DNA of 20,000 nucleotides from Chiloscyllium plagiosum. Its lineage: Eukaryota. The notes beneath the pieces are model-generated. The model saw only the letters and a list, made by a program, of their open reading frames with translations. It did not search any database and was not told where the DNA came from. The stretch spans positions 4,692,739-4,712,738 of the forward strand of contig NC_057758.1 of NCBI RefSeq assembly GCF_004010195.1, in the 5' to 3' direction. Made by a program: the position numbers and the translations under genes. Each line of letters begins with the position of its first letter. The stretch's first letter is position 1. Shown in pieces: positions 19,916 through 20,000 of this stretch.

Positions 19916-20000
19916 GGTCTGGATATAAACCCCACTGCACAGGGTCAGAGAGAGAGAGGGAAGGGTCTGGATATAAACCCCACTGCACAGGGACAGAGAG
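19900..20000. repeat. Start of a ~48-bp minisatellite (GGTCTGGATATAAACCCCACTGCACAGGG plus a GA tract), running off the right edge
   Basis: An identical 29-mer, GGTCTGGATATAAACCCCACTGCACAGGG, occurs at 19916 and 19964. Confidence 0.85.

Noticed and set aside
19542..19988. Ser/Leu-rich minus-strand ORFs
   Set aside because: Translations of the (CT)n strand of the microsatellite and minisatellite.

Overview
Eukaryotic, essentially non-genic window. The repeat content points to a cartilaginous fish (shark-like) assembly; this is inferred from remembered repeat families, not from a search. Bases 1-12509 are one degenerate, strongly strand-biased (G/T-rich on +) satellite with a 32-bp unit (approx. 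GGTGTGGGAGTGTGTAGGAGAGTGAGCGTGAC). It has sub-domains, kb-scale higher-order duplications and a 98-N gap inside it. After a 500-N scaffold gap, 13010-20000 is a patchwork of CR1-type LINE fragments of different ages, Penelope-like hammerhead-bearing terminal fragments, a SINE-derived triplicated motif, microsatellites and the start of a 48-bp minisatellite. One young CR1 is nested in an older one with an 8-bp TSD, and one Penelope-like fragment is nested inside a palindromic one. No host protein-coding gene is recognisable, and the long His/Thr/Ser/Leu-rich ORFs are by-products of the satellite. I do not see convincing evidence of a new biological system. The best leads are the nested hammerhead-like palindrome and the satellite's architecture.
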